A DNA stretch of 64,000 nt from Sedimentisphaerales bacterium (GTDB taxonomy: Bacteria > Planctomycetota > Phycisphaerae > Sedimentisphaerales > Anaerobacaceae), in contig JAXGYC010000007.1 of assembly GCA_040772485.1 (NCBI GenBank), positions 64,001-128,000 on the forward strand, in the 5' to 3' direction. The notes beneath the pieces were generated by a model that saw only the letters and a program-made list of their open reading frames with translations, did no database searches and was not told the DNA's origin. Position 1 is the stretch's first letter; every line of letters starts with the position of its first letter. The position numbers were made by a program, and so were the translations under genes. Of this stretch, positions 19,301-28,100 are shown piece by piece.

Positions 19301-20995
19301 TCGGCGGTGACGACACAGCTTTCCACGCGTCTGCAAATCGCCGTCCGCCCGGTCAACTGGACCACGGCGCCGCCGGGCATGTCGCTGCGCGTGCTGCGAC
19401 GTCCGACGCCGGAGGCGCCATGGACAACCGCGTTCTCCGTGGAGGGCGACCTCGCCGGCGGCTTGCTGACGCGCGAGGCCCAGGTCGGCGACAACGGTCA
19501 ATATGCGGTGGAGATGGTCGGGCGTGATCCGCAATCCGGCCAGATCGTCGCCAGCCTGACGACGCCCGTGCTATTGTCGATCCAGCCGCACGAAGTCGTC
19601 CCGGTCCTGGCGCCGGCGGCGTGGATCACACCCGGCGTGCGGCAATGGCCGTTCGAATACCGTGTCACTGTCCGCAAGGAGACCGCCGGCGCGCCGCAGG
19701 TTGCTGCGATGGCCTTCGAATTCCAGTTGCCCTCGGCCCGGCCCGTCTGGCAGGAAGGAAGCGTTCACGCGATCGAATCGGGCGCCGACGAGGCCGTGCC
19801 GCTCTCGTTGAAAAGCCCGGAGCTGCTGGCTCCGCTGGAGGACCCCGCCAGTGGCAGCGTGCAGTTCCGACTGTCGTCCCAGGGCCAGGAGCTGGTTCGC
19901 TGGGAGCATCCGAACGTGCGCGTTCTGCCGCCGGTGCTGGAGCGGCTGGCCTTTCGGGGCAACCGGACCGGCGCCGAGATCGAGTCGGCCGCAGGGCGTA
20001 TCGATTTCAACGGTTCGACGGCGCTGTGGGCCAGGCCCGTCTTCCGCGCAGCGCCGGAACTGACCGCCCAGTGGTCCCAAGGCCCAACGACCGTCTACCT
20101 GTGGCCGGCCCGCGACCGCGATGCACCCGGCCAGCCGCCGTCTTCGCAACTCATACAGGAGTTGAAGACGAAAAGCCCTTCGACCCAGGCGTTCAGCGTG
20201 GAAAGCAGCAAGGCGGAACCCGCGGCGAGGATTCTCCCCCGACTGGGCCATCGGGGCTTCTGGGGCTGGCCCAGGCCCGCGACGACGCACCGATATGCCG
20301 TCGTCGGCTGCGCGACCTATGCGATGCCGGGGTCTGGCGAGGGGATGCAGATCTCCGAATGGACCGATGTCACGTTCGTGACCATTGCGACCCCCAAGAT
20401 CACGCCGTGGTGCTGGTGGGCGCTGCTGGGCGCGGCGGTGCTGCTGGCGGCGGCGTTCGTGCTGAAGTTGCTGGCCCCTCGTCCCAGCCGGCTCGGTCTG
20501 GACGTCCGGCTCGCGGAGAATATCGCCACCGTGGAACCGGTATCGTTCCACAGCCCCGTGGTCATCGACCTGCGGGAGACGCCCCTGCGGACCGACATCG
20601 ACCTGCACGTCGCGCACGCGATGAGCCGCTCGAAGACGACCGGCGTTGGGCCGCTGGTTGCGGTGATCGCCTCGGCGGGCGTCGTGCTCCGGCGCGCGGT
20701 CTATCCGCGACGGTGGGCGTGGGCGTTGATTACGCCGCGAATCGGCGCCGGCGCCCGGCACGTAGAGAAAGGACTGCTGTGCGTCTGGACGGGGCCGTTG
20801 GCCAGGCGAGGCCGGGTGTGGTCGCAGCAGACCGGCGCGATCCCAATCCCGAATCCGGGGCAGGCCGCGTCGATCAGCCTGGACCTGCCCTATCAGATGG
20901 ATGGAACCGCCCGATCGATACGGGTCAGCGTGCGAATCCGAAACGGTGAGCCGCCCAGCCCGGTCGAGACGGTCGAGTCACAAATGGGTGTATGA
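16301..20995 (+). CDS. Large exported vWA-domain protein with beta-rich repeats and a C-terminal TM plus cytoplasmic tail
   Basis: Signal peptide; VVIAVDVSGGMD, IGVCHFS, IILLSRGD, LASLTGGKAY vWA elements; TM WWALLGAAVLLAAAFVL. Confidence 0.8.
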   Translation: MYRRISFILVAALLVRTFARDAATAQTSDAVLTGAPPCYVVIAVDVSGGMDRADTPADDGRGRRVTLRADAQLIAMQFLPYLYSDLHIGVCHFSDRVRYSLPSEETAPLLAWGGSYLNEAACRNMVRDPAFTGSFYAELDQGLDWALTRIQAARRQHGNGPGKIILLSRGDPRDAARDIRTGGPLLNAATRLARQDVRVYPVIVNRASYRTGAGVGDTPSSERTAEQMMAALASLTGGKAYRITRTMGLPDILMDVFGLGAALAEKAAISRYDWATVIVGRTPAALSIAPPADAVDAQTRVWALDARLEADAGIRSNSVTSSQWQATVLRRPDTMERAWEGHWTLSPPAGARLYRIPDFVVQLEPRPASPWWVYEQGQITAHVVDRHKGTSIRTSDPAGALSVRLTFASQGQSEPSPLDGGQWTAPSRLYESDLFTIGVFGLYEFRGELLHRIGDADVSLADATSEVLVHPPCVRLSAVGASGEVLGSVSDLSEPLSINLHGGQSVAFRLAPEGTSGAKPLSGTLHVEPLVQTSWTFEKDDQDNLIAGPMELPEGEMQISGWAEAQVETSAGVMPFRLPRFELAYGPAPVRVECAFTDPRQAVWVGELHRQLVTVSAFPVFEADRERVAQMFPETLSGARLRTVDLTSNTAQVMTPRVRLVGVPKPTGYKGRALAATYALESEVPLPRADRCEISLDGTIEGLQGAVKTYAVVDPIATGLLRWALYQPPGEAPAQGLAETLYCGEPVRFTTQWQPGQDISSVRLELTRPGADGPVSLSVTPAAGERQASFEQTLPEPLQSGQTYPAHVYVVTKPPAAATPVEIKLDAGRVHARDRRLLLEELSIGEETGRDVACHTWEPVRIPLRIVFGGYIAGNSQHSERIDQVKTSCRVTVTSPFGDVQDVSDSIEWTALTPSDTRQGRATRCELKGYTPYVPRNIGRAAVEMRIEFAREQAAPATERASGHLAIREPRLALSVQRLTSSGQSSLFDSQIWATGSGGLSAVTTQLSTRLQIAVRPVNWTTAPPGMSLRVLRRPTPEAPWTTAFSVEGDLAGGLLTREAQVGDNGQYAVEMVGRDPQSGQIVASLTTPVLLSIQPHEVVPVLAPAAWITPGVRQWPFEYRVTVRKETAGAPQVAAMAFEFQLPSARPVWQEGSVHAIESGADEAVPLSLKSPELLAPLEDPASGSVQFRLSSQGQELVRWEHPNVRVLPPVLERLAFRGNRTGAEIESAAGRIDFNGSTALWARPVFRAAPELTAQWSQGPTTVYLWPARDRDAPGQPPSSQLIQELKTKSPSTQAFSVESSKAEPAARILPRLGHRGFWGWPRPATTHRYAVVGCATYAMPGSGEGMQISEWTDVTFVTIATPKITPWCWWALLGAAVLLAAAFVLKLLAPRPSRLGLDVRLAENIATVEPVSFHSPVVIDLRETPLRTDIDLHVAHAMSRSKTTGVGPLVAVIASAGVVLRRAVYPRRWAWALITPRIGAGARHVEKGLLCVWTGPLARRGRVWSQQTGAIPIPNPGQAASISLDLPYQMDGTARSIRVSVRIRNGEPPSPVETVESQMGV

Positions 20996-21044
20996 ACGCG
21001 AATGACAATCGAAAGTCGCCGAAGAAGACGCGAGGAAACAGACC

Positions 21045-23963
21045 ATGCGACTGAGTGACAGTCCTATCATCGTACGCCCGACGCTGATCGTCGGTCTGGG
21101 GGGCACCGGGGTGCTCGTCTGCCAGTGGGTCGAGCACTACATTCGCGAACTGCTGGGCACCGTCCCGCCGTTCATCCGCTTCCTGAAGCTCGACACCGAC
21201 GCCTCCGACGACGGCGGCCCGCCCGAGGGCATCCTGTCGGACTTCATCAACCTGTTTCACTATCTCGACGTCGGCGAGGTCGTGCGGGACAACGCGAGCT
21301 TTCCGGAGTTCCATCCGCATCTGGACTGGATGCGCGGCTTCCGCGAGGACGCCACCTTCGCCGATTACGGCTGCCAGGGCATCCCGCGCCTCGGACGCCT
21401 CGTGTTCTTCGAGCTGCGCGAGAGCATCATCCACGAGGCGGCGGCCACGCGGTTCAGCAGCCTCCGCACGAGCACGCAGCAGCCTCTGGACGAGAACGGA
21501 GGCCCCTTCGTTCTGGCTTCCGACGGCGCGCCGGTGGTCCACATTGCCAGCAGCGTGTGCGGCGGGACCGGCGCCGGGATGCTCATCGACATGGCGTACA
21601 ACCTGCGGTGGTGGTCGCGGGAGTCGTTCCCGAAGCCGGCGGAGATCGTCGGCCACCTGCTGCTGCCCGACGCCTTTCGTATCGACCCGATGCTGCGGCC
21701 GAAGCTCGAAGCGACCGCGTGTGCGACGCTGGACCAGATCGAGTTTCTCAGCGACGAACGGCGTTCGGACATCCGCGTCCGTTACCGCACGGACCGCAGC
21801 GGAGAGGACTGCTTCCGGCGGGACACGGGACCGTTCAACTTCCTCTACCTGCTCAACGGCCAGGTCGACATGGGCAGCGGCGACCGCAAGCACCTGGTCC
21901 GGCTGATCGCTCGGGCGCTGCGGGCGCTGACGGTCGAGCCGCTGAGCCAGCAGGTGCGCTCGGACGCCAACAACAAGCTGGCGGAGATTCTGCCGCAGCG
22001 CGATCCGGTGAACAACCATCGGCAATGCTTTTCGAGCTACGGTTTCTGGTGCGGCGTGCCGGGACACCGAACGCACAACATTCAGTCGCGCGTCCTGGCC
22101 GACCTGGAGAACCTCAACGCCGGCCAGAACAACGGGCGGCCCCACTATCGCCGACAGGTGCAGCAGCGAATCGCCAACAGCGCCGGATTCGCCCCTTCGG
22201 CGAAAGAGCTTGTCCCGCCGACGATCTCTTTCCCCTGGGAGCCGTCGGGCAAGGGGACATCGCCCGAGGTCGTCTCCAGCGTGCTCGCCAGTCTCCGCCG
22301 TCACCTGGAGGTCTCGCTCGTTCCGCTGGCGCGAAAGGAGGCAGAGAAACTCGTCGCTCCGCACAAGCCCATCGAGGCGCTGCTCGCGGCGGTGGACGAG
22401 ATGATCGAAGAGGATTTCTTCAACGCCGAGCCGTTGCAGCCGCTCAACCAGATCGGCGCCTGCCTGGACGCCTGGACCGAGGCGGTCGAGGCGATGCTCG
22501 CTCACAAGCAGACATCCGCTCCGACCAACATCAACGCCGTGGTCGCGGACATCCTCACGCAGGCCCGCAGTGCGATGGAAACGCTGGCGGTCCGCGTGCC
22601 GGCCCTGTCCTGGACGTCGAGCGACGTGGTGCCGGCGATCGACAAGACCATCGACGCCTGCTGGCCGCCGATGGCCGAGGCGCTGCTCCACGAACACCTG
22701 ACCGAATCGCTCAAGACCACCGCGCGCGTTTTGCGGGTCCGCAAGCAGTCCCTCGACGCGGTCATTGCCCTGGCATGGCAACGCAAGTCGCTGGTCGAGC
22801 AGACCGGCGGCAACGGTGACGCCGTGACGGACGTGGGAACCGCCTCACCGCTTCCGGCCGGACGCGACCGCGAGGCGGATTTCTTCTCGACCCCGCTGTG
22901 TCTACCGCTGGAATCCGAGGAGGCGCTGGATGCGGTCGCCGCCAGAGACTTCCGGCAGAGCCTGATCAAGCCCGTCCTGACCTCGTGTATCCTGTCCATC
23001 CGCGAGCCGAAAACGGAACTGGCGGAGGTCCGCGTTGTGGAGGATCGGCTGGCCGAAAGCCTCGCCCGGCTGTTGGAGGGCATGAAACGCTTTCTGAACG
23101 ACATCGAACATCATAGCTGGGACCTGTTCCGGAATGGTCCGTCGGCAAGTCAGTCGATCAACGACCATCCCTACTACCGGAGCATCTGCGAGATATGGCG
23201 CCTGGCCGAGCCGAAGATCGATCTGGACAAGTCGCGCAAGTACGCCTCGCCGCTGTCGGTGGCCGTCGCCCAGCAGGTCGTCGGGTCTTGCGTTCCGACG
23301 CTCCTGACGCACAACATGGAGGTCAGCCTTCGCGAGGCGGGCGTCACCGAGGCGTGCAATCAACACACCGGCGAATGGCTCCAGCTCATGCGACTGAGCT
23401 ACGGTTTCTGTCTGGAGGCAATCAGCCGCTACAGCAAGTACGTCGCGGCCACCGACGAATACGTCCGGCGGATGGGATTCGAGTTCTCCGACCTGTGGCT
23501 GGACAAGAACTGGTACACCGCCTTCCAGAGCGCCCTGGCCGAGTGGCGGGACCAGTCGAGCCGACAGGGCAACCTGCTCGAACGACAGATTTACGAGGCC
23601 GGCGCCGCCAAGGTGGGCTCCTTCCGCCGGATGACCGAGACCGTGAACGAGCGGCTGCGGCAGCAACTGCGCTCCCTGAGCGACCCGGCCACGTGCATCC
23701 GCTTGGCCGAGCTTCAGGGCGGCACGAATTCGCGGATCGATCTGATTCTCCAGGAGATCGCCCTGACCGATTGCGACGCGGTGCAGGGAGGCTTGAGCAG
23801 GGGTCTGGCGCTGCTGGAGCACGTGGTCGAGCAGGTCGAGCAGTGCATCGAGACGGTCCCGCAAAGCGAGCAGAAGATCGCCAGGGACGTGCTCGGCGCC
23901 TGCCGCGAGGACCTAAGGAGGTTCAAGGAAGAGGTGGACGTTGCCGACGTGGTGAATTTCTGA
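21045..23963 (+). CDS. Tubulin/FtsZ-like GTPase (Tubulin_2 / FtsZl1-type) with a long helical C-terminus
   Basis: LIVGLGGTG, FLKLDTD, GCQGIPRLGRL, SSVCGGTGAGMLID tubulin signature, FSSYG. Confidence 0.88.
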   Translation: MRLSDSPIIVRPTLIVGLGGTGVLVCQWVEHYIRELLGTVPPFIRFLKLDTDASDDGGPPEGILSDFINLFHYLDVGEVVRDNASFPEFHPHLDWMRGFREDATFADYGCQGIPRLGRLVFFELRESIIHEAAATRFSSLRTSTQQPLDENGGPFVLASDGAPVVHIASSVCGGTGAGMLIDMAYNLRWWSRESFPKPAEIVGHLLLPDAFRIDPMLRPKLEATACATLDQIEFLSDERRSDIRVRYRTDRSGEDCFRRDTGPFNFLYLLNGQVDMGSGDRKHLVRLIARALRALTVEPLSQQVRSDANNKLAEILPQRDPVNNHRQCFSSYGFWCGVPGHRTHNIQSRVLADLENLNAGQNNGRPHYRRQVQQRIANSAGFAPSAKELVPPTISFPWEPSGKGTSPEVVSSVLASLRRHLEVSLVPLARKEAEKLVAPHKPIEALLAAVDEMIEEDFFNAEPLQPLNQIGACLDAWTEAVEAMLAHKQTSAPTNINAVVADILTQARSAMETLAVRVPALSWTSSDVVPAIDKTIDACWPPMAEALLHEHLTESLKTTARVLRVRKQSLDAVIALAWQRKSLVEQTGGNGDAVTDVGTASPLPAGRDREADFFSTPLCLPLESEEALDAVAARDFRQSLIKPVLTSCILSIREPKTELAEVRVVEDRLAESLARLLEGMKRFLNDIEHHSWDLFRNGPSASQSINDHPYYRSICEIWRLAEPKIDLDKSRKYASPLSVAVAQQVVGSCVPTLLTHNMEVSLREAGVTEACNQHTGEWLQLMRLSYGFCLEAISRYSKYVAATDEYVRRMGFEFSDLWLDKNWYTAFQSALAEWRDQSSRQGNLLERQIYEAGAAKVGSFRRMTETVNERLRQQLRSLSDPATCIRLAELQGGTNSRIDLILQEIALTDCDAVQGGLSRGLALLEHVVEQVEQCIETVPQSEQKIARDVLGACREDLRRFKEEVDVADVVNF

Positions 23964-24000
23964 ACGAGCCGAGATGCTGATGGAAGGCTGGTGAGCGTTC

Positions 24001-26700
24001 GTGAACGGAAATGACACACAAGCGAAAGGAATCGGTCCGGCGCCGATTCTGTTCGTCGCCGTCGGGTGTCGCGCCGAGCAGACGGTGGCCGCGTTTGCCG
24101 AAACGGCCAGGGGCCTGACGGTGCCCGTACAGGGTCCGTTCGCCTTTCTGTCGATCGACCCGGCGGGACGGCGCGTCGCGGCGGGCCACTGGACCTGGCT
24201 TTCCGACTTCGACATTCCGGCCTGCAGCCAGACGAATGGCCTGTCCGAAGAGTCCCTGTCGGCGACCGTCGCGTCGCTGATTCGCACGCTGCACTCGAAG
24301 GAGCCCGCGGCGGATGCGAACCTCCCGGGCCGCGTCCGCATGAGCTCGTACATCCTGATCGATCTGTCGGAGGCCGGCTCGGTCGACCGGGCCTTGCCCG
24401 CGATGGAGCTGCTGCGGACAGGTGATCCGGCCCACGACATGGCGATCGTCGCGCTGACGGGCCGGACCGCGGCGTCCGGCCGCGAACTCGACGATCTCTG
24501 GTTCGAAGCCTGGACCCGCCTGACCGCCCGCCTTCAGGACGATCTGCTCGCCCAGAAGATCTACCTGCTCGACGGACGCGACGCCGGCGGCATGTGGTTC
24601 GAGCGGCCCGAGCAGATGGACCAGTTCGCCGCGCAGTTTCTCCTTCACCATGGGGTGACCTGCCGGGGTCCCCTTCGGCAAAACGAGAGACGCCGCATCA
24701 GCCCGCAGGAGAGTGTCTTGAACGTCTGCGGATCGTTCGGCCTGCGTGCGATCCACCTGAACCTTCCGGAGGTGATCCGCCGCACGGCGCAACGACTGGT
24801 CCACGAGGACCTCGCCGGCCTGTACCAGGAGGTCCTTGCCGAGGAGCGTCGCCGACATATCGACGAAGAAGCGCAGAAGCTCGTCGAACGGATCGAGAGC
24901 ATCTACGAGGCCGCCTCGCAGGCCCGCCCGAGCGACGCCGAGGAGCCGCATGCCGCCGCGTATGAGCTGGTGGTGCGTAACAAGGATGCCTGCGAAGCGA
25001 TCGGCGCCGCCGTCGGACGCATCTGCGGCCGTGCGCCCCTGGCGAGCCTTAGCCATCTTCTCAAGTGCGCCGAACCCCGGCTTCGGTGCCTGCTGACGCG
25101 GCAGAAGCTCGTCGAGCGCCAGCAAGTCCGCAGCCGTGCGGCCGAGATGCTTCGCCGTCAGGATGAACAGACGTATCAACCCATGCAAGTCTGGCTCGGC
25201 AAGACCGAGGACGCTTGGGTGGACCGCTTCACTCCGATCGGCCAGACCAGGACGCAAGCAAGCGTGAGCCGCCCAGCCGGGACGACCGCCTGGCGATTCG
25301 GACTGCTGTTTCTGGTCGTGGGCTTTGTCGGTCTGGCGGCGGGGTTGCTGTCTGAAGAACGCGTCTTCGCCCTCGGAGGGGCCCTGCTGTGCCTGGCCGC
25401 GGCCGTGCTGGCGACTCAGCCCACCGGCTGGACCACGCACAGCAGGACCGTCGTGCCGGAAGGACGCGACGTCGGCAAGGCGGTTCCCGTCGTTTCCTAC
25501 CGCAGGCGTGCCCCGCTGTGGATGCGCTCGCTGGCGATCGCGCTGGCGGCGTGCGGCGTGGTCGCCGTCGCGTGGTCGCTCTGGCCCGATCTGTGGACTG
25601 TGGCCACGGCCCTGCAATCCGGGCTGGCCGCCCTGCTGGCGGTCATCGGCGTCAGCGTGATCCTCACCGGACCGGTTCAGGTTCGCGCCGATCAGCCCAA
25701 GTGCGAAGAGGCGCCCGACCACCTTTGTCCGCCGTTCTGGACCTGGCGCGCGTTCGGGCTGTTGTGCCTGGCGTCGGCATGGCTGGTCCTGTGCCTGCGG
25801 GCGCCGAGCCCTCCTGGGCCCGATGCTTCGCTGCGATGGGGCTGCCACGGGGCGGGTTTGCTGGCGATTGGCGTGGCGGCGGCGCTGGCCCTGAGACCGC
25901 GCGTCGGCCGCGTCCGGCTGATCGAACGCATTCCCAAGGTCCCCGAGCCGCTGGCCGGCGGCATCAGCATCCCGACCCGCGAGAACGATCTGATTCGGGA
26001 GGTCACCGCGGTGGTCCAGTGGATCGACCGGCTCACCCTCGACCCGCGTCAGGCCCTTCTGCGTCAAGGCATGTCCGATGCGACGCCGGGCCGCGAGGTG
26101 CTGTTCGACCTGCTGGCGGCGGATTGGGATCGTCAGTTGGCCGAAGCCTTCCGGCAGACGTTGCGCTCGCGCATCGGACAGTCTCTGCGCGATCTGTCGC
26201 TCGAACCGAAGGCCTGGGCGCAGTGCGTCGTCCGGCACCTCCAGGACCCGCAGGCCCGCAGCTCCGATCTCGGCGTCCTGTTCACGCTCGAGGTGGTCAG
26301 GGTCTGGGTGGATTCTCTGTCCGTGGCCGAACTGGCCGCCTGTGTCCGCCCGGACGCCGAGCGTCTGAGCCATCTGCTGGACCGGGCGGCGATGCCCAAC
26401 TGGCCCGCGCCGCGCGTCGCGCCGGAGGTCGGCATCTCCGTCGCCGCCGTCGGAAGCGCGCTGTGGGGCGCCCTGTCGCCGTTGACCCGGACGGCCGGAC
26501 CGGCCGCCGTGGTCTGCCGCGACTGGGATGCGCAGACAAACGATGTCCTGATTCTCCACATCGTTCAGGGGTTGACCGAAGGCTGGCGCGGTTATCCCGC
26601 CCTGCCGGGGCAGCGCCGTGAGCCGCCGCATCTCGACACGGCGGATTCGACCCTGTCGCCGTCGGAGCAGAGTTCCTCGGCGGCCCCGCAAAGCACGTAG
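24001..26700 (+). CDS. Degenerate tubulin-like domain protein with about six internal TM helices
   Basis: ILFVAVG, YILIDLS, IYLLDG, GSFG parallel the strands of the upstream tubulin-like protein but the Gly motifs are lost; three hydrophobic hairpins. Confidence 0.65.
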   Translation: MNGNDTQAKGIGPAPILFVAVGCRAEQTVAAFAETARGLTVPVQGPFAFLSIDPAGRRVAAGHWTWLSDFDIPACSQTNGLSEESLSATVASLIRTLHSKEPAADANLPGRVRMSSYILIDLSEAGSVDRALPAMELLRTGDPAHDMAIVALTGRTAASGRELDDLWFEAWTRLTARLQDDLLAQKIYLLDGRDAGGMWFERPEQMDQFAAQFLLHHGVTCRGPLRQNERRRISPQESVLNVCGSFGLRAIHLNLPEVIRRTAQRLVHEDLAGLYQEVLAEERRRHIDEEAQKLVERIESIYEAASQARPSDAEEPHAAAYELVVRNKDACEAIGAAVGRICGRAPLASLSHLLKCAEPRLRCLLTRQKLVERQQVRSRAAEMLRRQDEQTYQPMQVWLGKTEDAWVDRFTPIGQTRTQASVSRPAGTTAWRFGLLFLVVGFVGLAAGLLSEERVFALGGALLCLAAAVLATQPTGWTTHSRTVVPEGRDVGKAVPVVSYRRRAPLWMRSLAIALAACGVVAVAWSLWPDLWTVATALQSGLAALLAVIGVSVILTGPVQVRADQPKCEEAPDHLCPPFWTWRAFGLLCLASAWLVLCLRAPSPPGPDASLRWGCHGAGLLAIGVAAALALRPRVGRVRLIERIPKVPEPLAGGISIPTRENDLIREVTAVVQWIDRLTLDPRQALLRQGMSDATPGREVLFDLLAADWDRQLAEAFRQTLRSRIGQSLRDLSLEPKAWAQCVVRHLQDPQARSSDLGVLFTLEVVRVWVDSLSVAELAACVRPDAERLSHLLDRAAMPNWPAPRVAPEVGISVAAVGSALWGALSPLTRTAGPAAVVCRDWDAQTNDVLILHIVQGLTEGWRGYPALPGQRREPPHLDTADSTLSPSEQSSSAAPQST

Positions 26701-26733
26701 CCATCGCCGGACGGTGCGACGAATCGGCGGGCG

Positions 26734-28041
26734 TCAGGCGTTCGGCCGGCCGACGCAGTGGTATTCGATGCCGGCCGAGCGCACGTACGCCGAATCGTAG
26801 AGGTTGCGCCCGTCGAAGATCACCGGACGGGACAGCTTCCTGGCGATGAATTCGAAGTCCGGATTGCGAAACTGCTGCCAGTCCGTCAGGATCACCAGTC
26901 CCTGCGCCCCCTCCAGGGCTTCGTAGTAGTCCTGGCAGAACATGACGGCCTCGCCGAGGAGCTGCCGCGCCGGACCCATGGCCTCTGGATCGTGGGCCTG
27001 CACCTGCATGCCGGCCTTGAGGAATTCCTCGACGCAGAAGATCGCCGGCGACTCGCGGACGTCGTCCGTTCGCGCCTTGAACGCCAGTCCCCACACGGCC
27101 AGCGTGGTCTGGGTCTCTCTGCCGGCGTAGTAGTCGAGCACCTTCTGCGCGAAGCGCCTCTGCTGCTCGGCGTTCACCTGCCGGACCGCCTGGATGATGT
27201 TCATCGGCACGCCGTGCTCCTGGCCTGTGTGGATCAGGGCGCGGACGTCCTTGGGAAAACAACTGCCCCCGAAGCCGGCGCCGGCGAACAGGAAGGCGTT
27301 GCCGATCCGCGCGTCGCTGCCGATGCCGGCGCGCACCAACTCGATATCGGCGCCGACCGCCTCGCACAGCGCGCTCAGTTCGTTCATGAACGAAATCCGG
27401 GTCGCCAGCATGCAGTTGGCGGCGTACTTGGTCAGCTCCGCGCTGGCCGGGTCCATGAAGATGATCCGCTCCTTGCGGCGCATGAACGGCGCGTACAGGT
27501 GCCGCATGATCTCCCGCACCTTGGGGTCCCGGGCGCCGACGATGATCCGCTCGGGCTTCATGAAGTCGTCGATCGCGGAGCCTTCCTTGAGGAACTCCGG
27601 ATTGCTGACGTAATCGAACGGTTGGCGCGTCCGGGCGGCGACCCGCTCGCTGATCTTCGCGTGCGTGCCCACCGGGACGGTGCTCTTGCCGACGAGGATG
27701 CGGTATCCGTCCATGTGCTCGGCGATGCCCTCGGCGACCTTGAACACCGCCGACAGGTCCGCCGAACCGTCCTGGCCGCTGGGCGTTCCCACGGCGATGA
27801 ACAGCAGCAGCGACTTCTCGACCGCTTCTTTCAGCGACGTGGTGAATTGCAGCCGGCCGGTGGTCCGTGTGCGGCTGACGATCTCCGCCAGGCCCGGCTC
27901 ATAGATCGGGATGATGCCCTCGCGGAGCTGGCGGATCTTCTCCTCGTTGCTGTCGACGCAGATCACGTCCGTGCCCGAATCGGCCAGACACGCGGCCGTC
28001 ACCAATCCGACGTAACCGACACCCACCACACCCACTCTCAT
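26734..28041 (-). CDS. ugd: UDP-glucose 6-dehydrogenase
   Basis: GVGYVG, IYEPGL, SNPEFLKEG, GFGGSCFPKD, GLAFK..TDDVRESP. Confidence 0.97.
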   Translation of the reverse strand: MRVGVVGVGYVGLVTAACLADSGTDVICVDSNEEKIRQLREGIIPIYEPGLAEIVSRTRTTGRLQFTTSLKEAVEKSLLLFIAVGTPSGQDGSADLSAVFKVAEGIAEHMDGYRILVGKSTVPVGTHAKISERVAARTRQPFDYVSNPEFLKEGSAIDDFMKPERIIVGARDPKVREIMRHLYAPFMRRKERIIFMDPASAELTKYAANCMLATRISFMNELSALCEAVGADIELVRAGIGSDARIGNAFLFAGAGFGGSCFPKDVRALIHTGQEHGVPMNIIQAVRQVNAEQQRRFAQKVLDYYAGRETQTTLAVWGLAFKARTDDVRESPAIFCVEEFLKAGMQVQAHDPEAMGPARQLLGEAVMFCQDYYEALEGAQGLVILTDWQQFRNPDFEFIARKLSRPVIFDGRNLYDSAYVRSAGIEYHCVGRPNA

Positions 28042-28100
28042 GAGAATGTCACCTCCACTCTGTTTTCTGGACGCCCGGAAGCTCCATCTCTTGGGACGCT

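Noticed and set aside
21045..23963. Calling the tubulin-like gene ftsZ
   Set aside because: 972 aa, lacks FtsZ-specific motifs (NTD, GGGTGTG, NxDFAD) and has no dcw context
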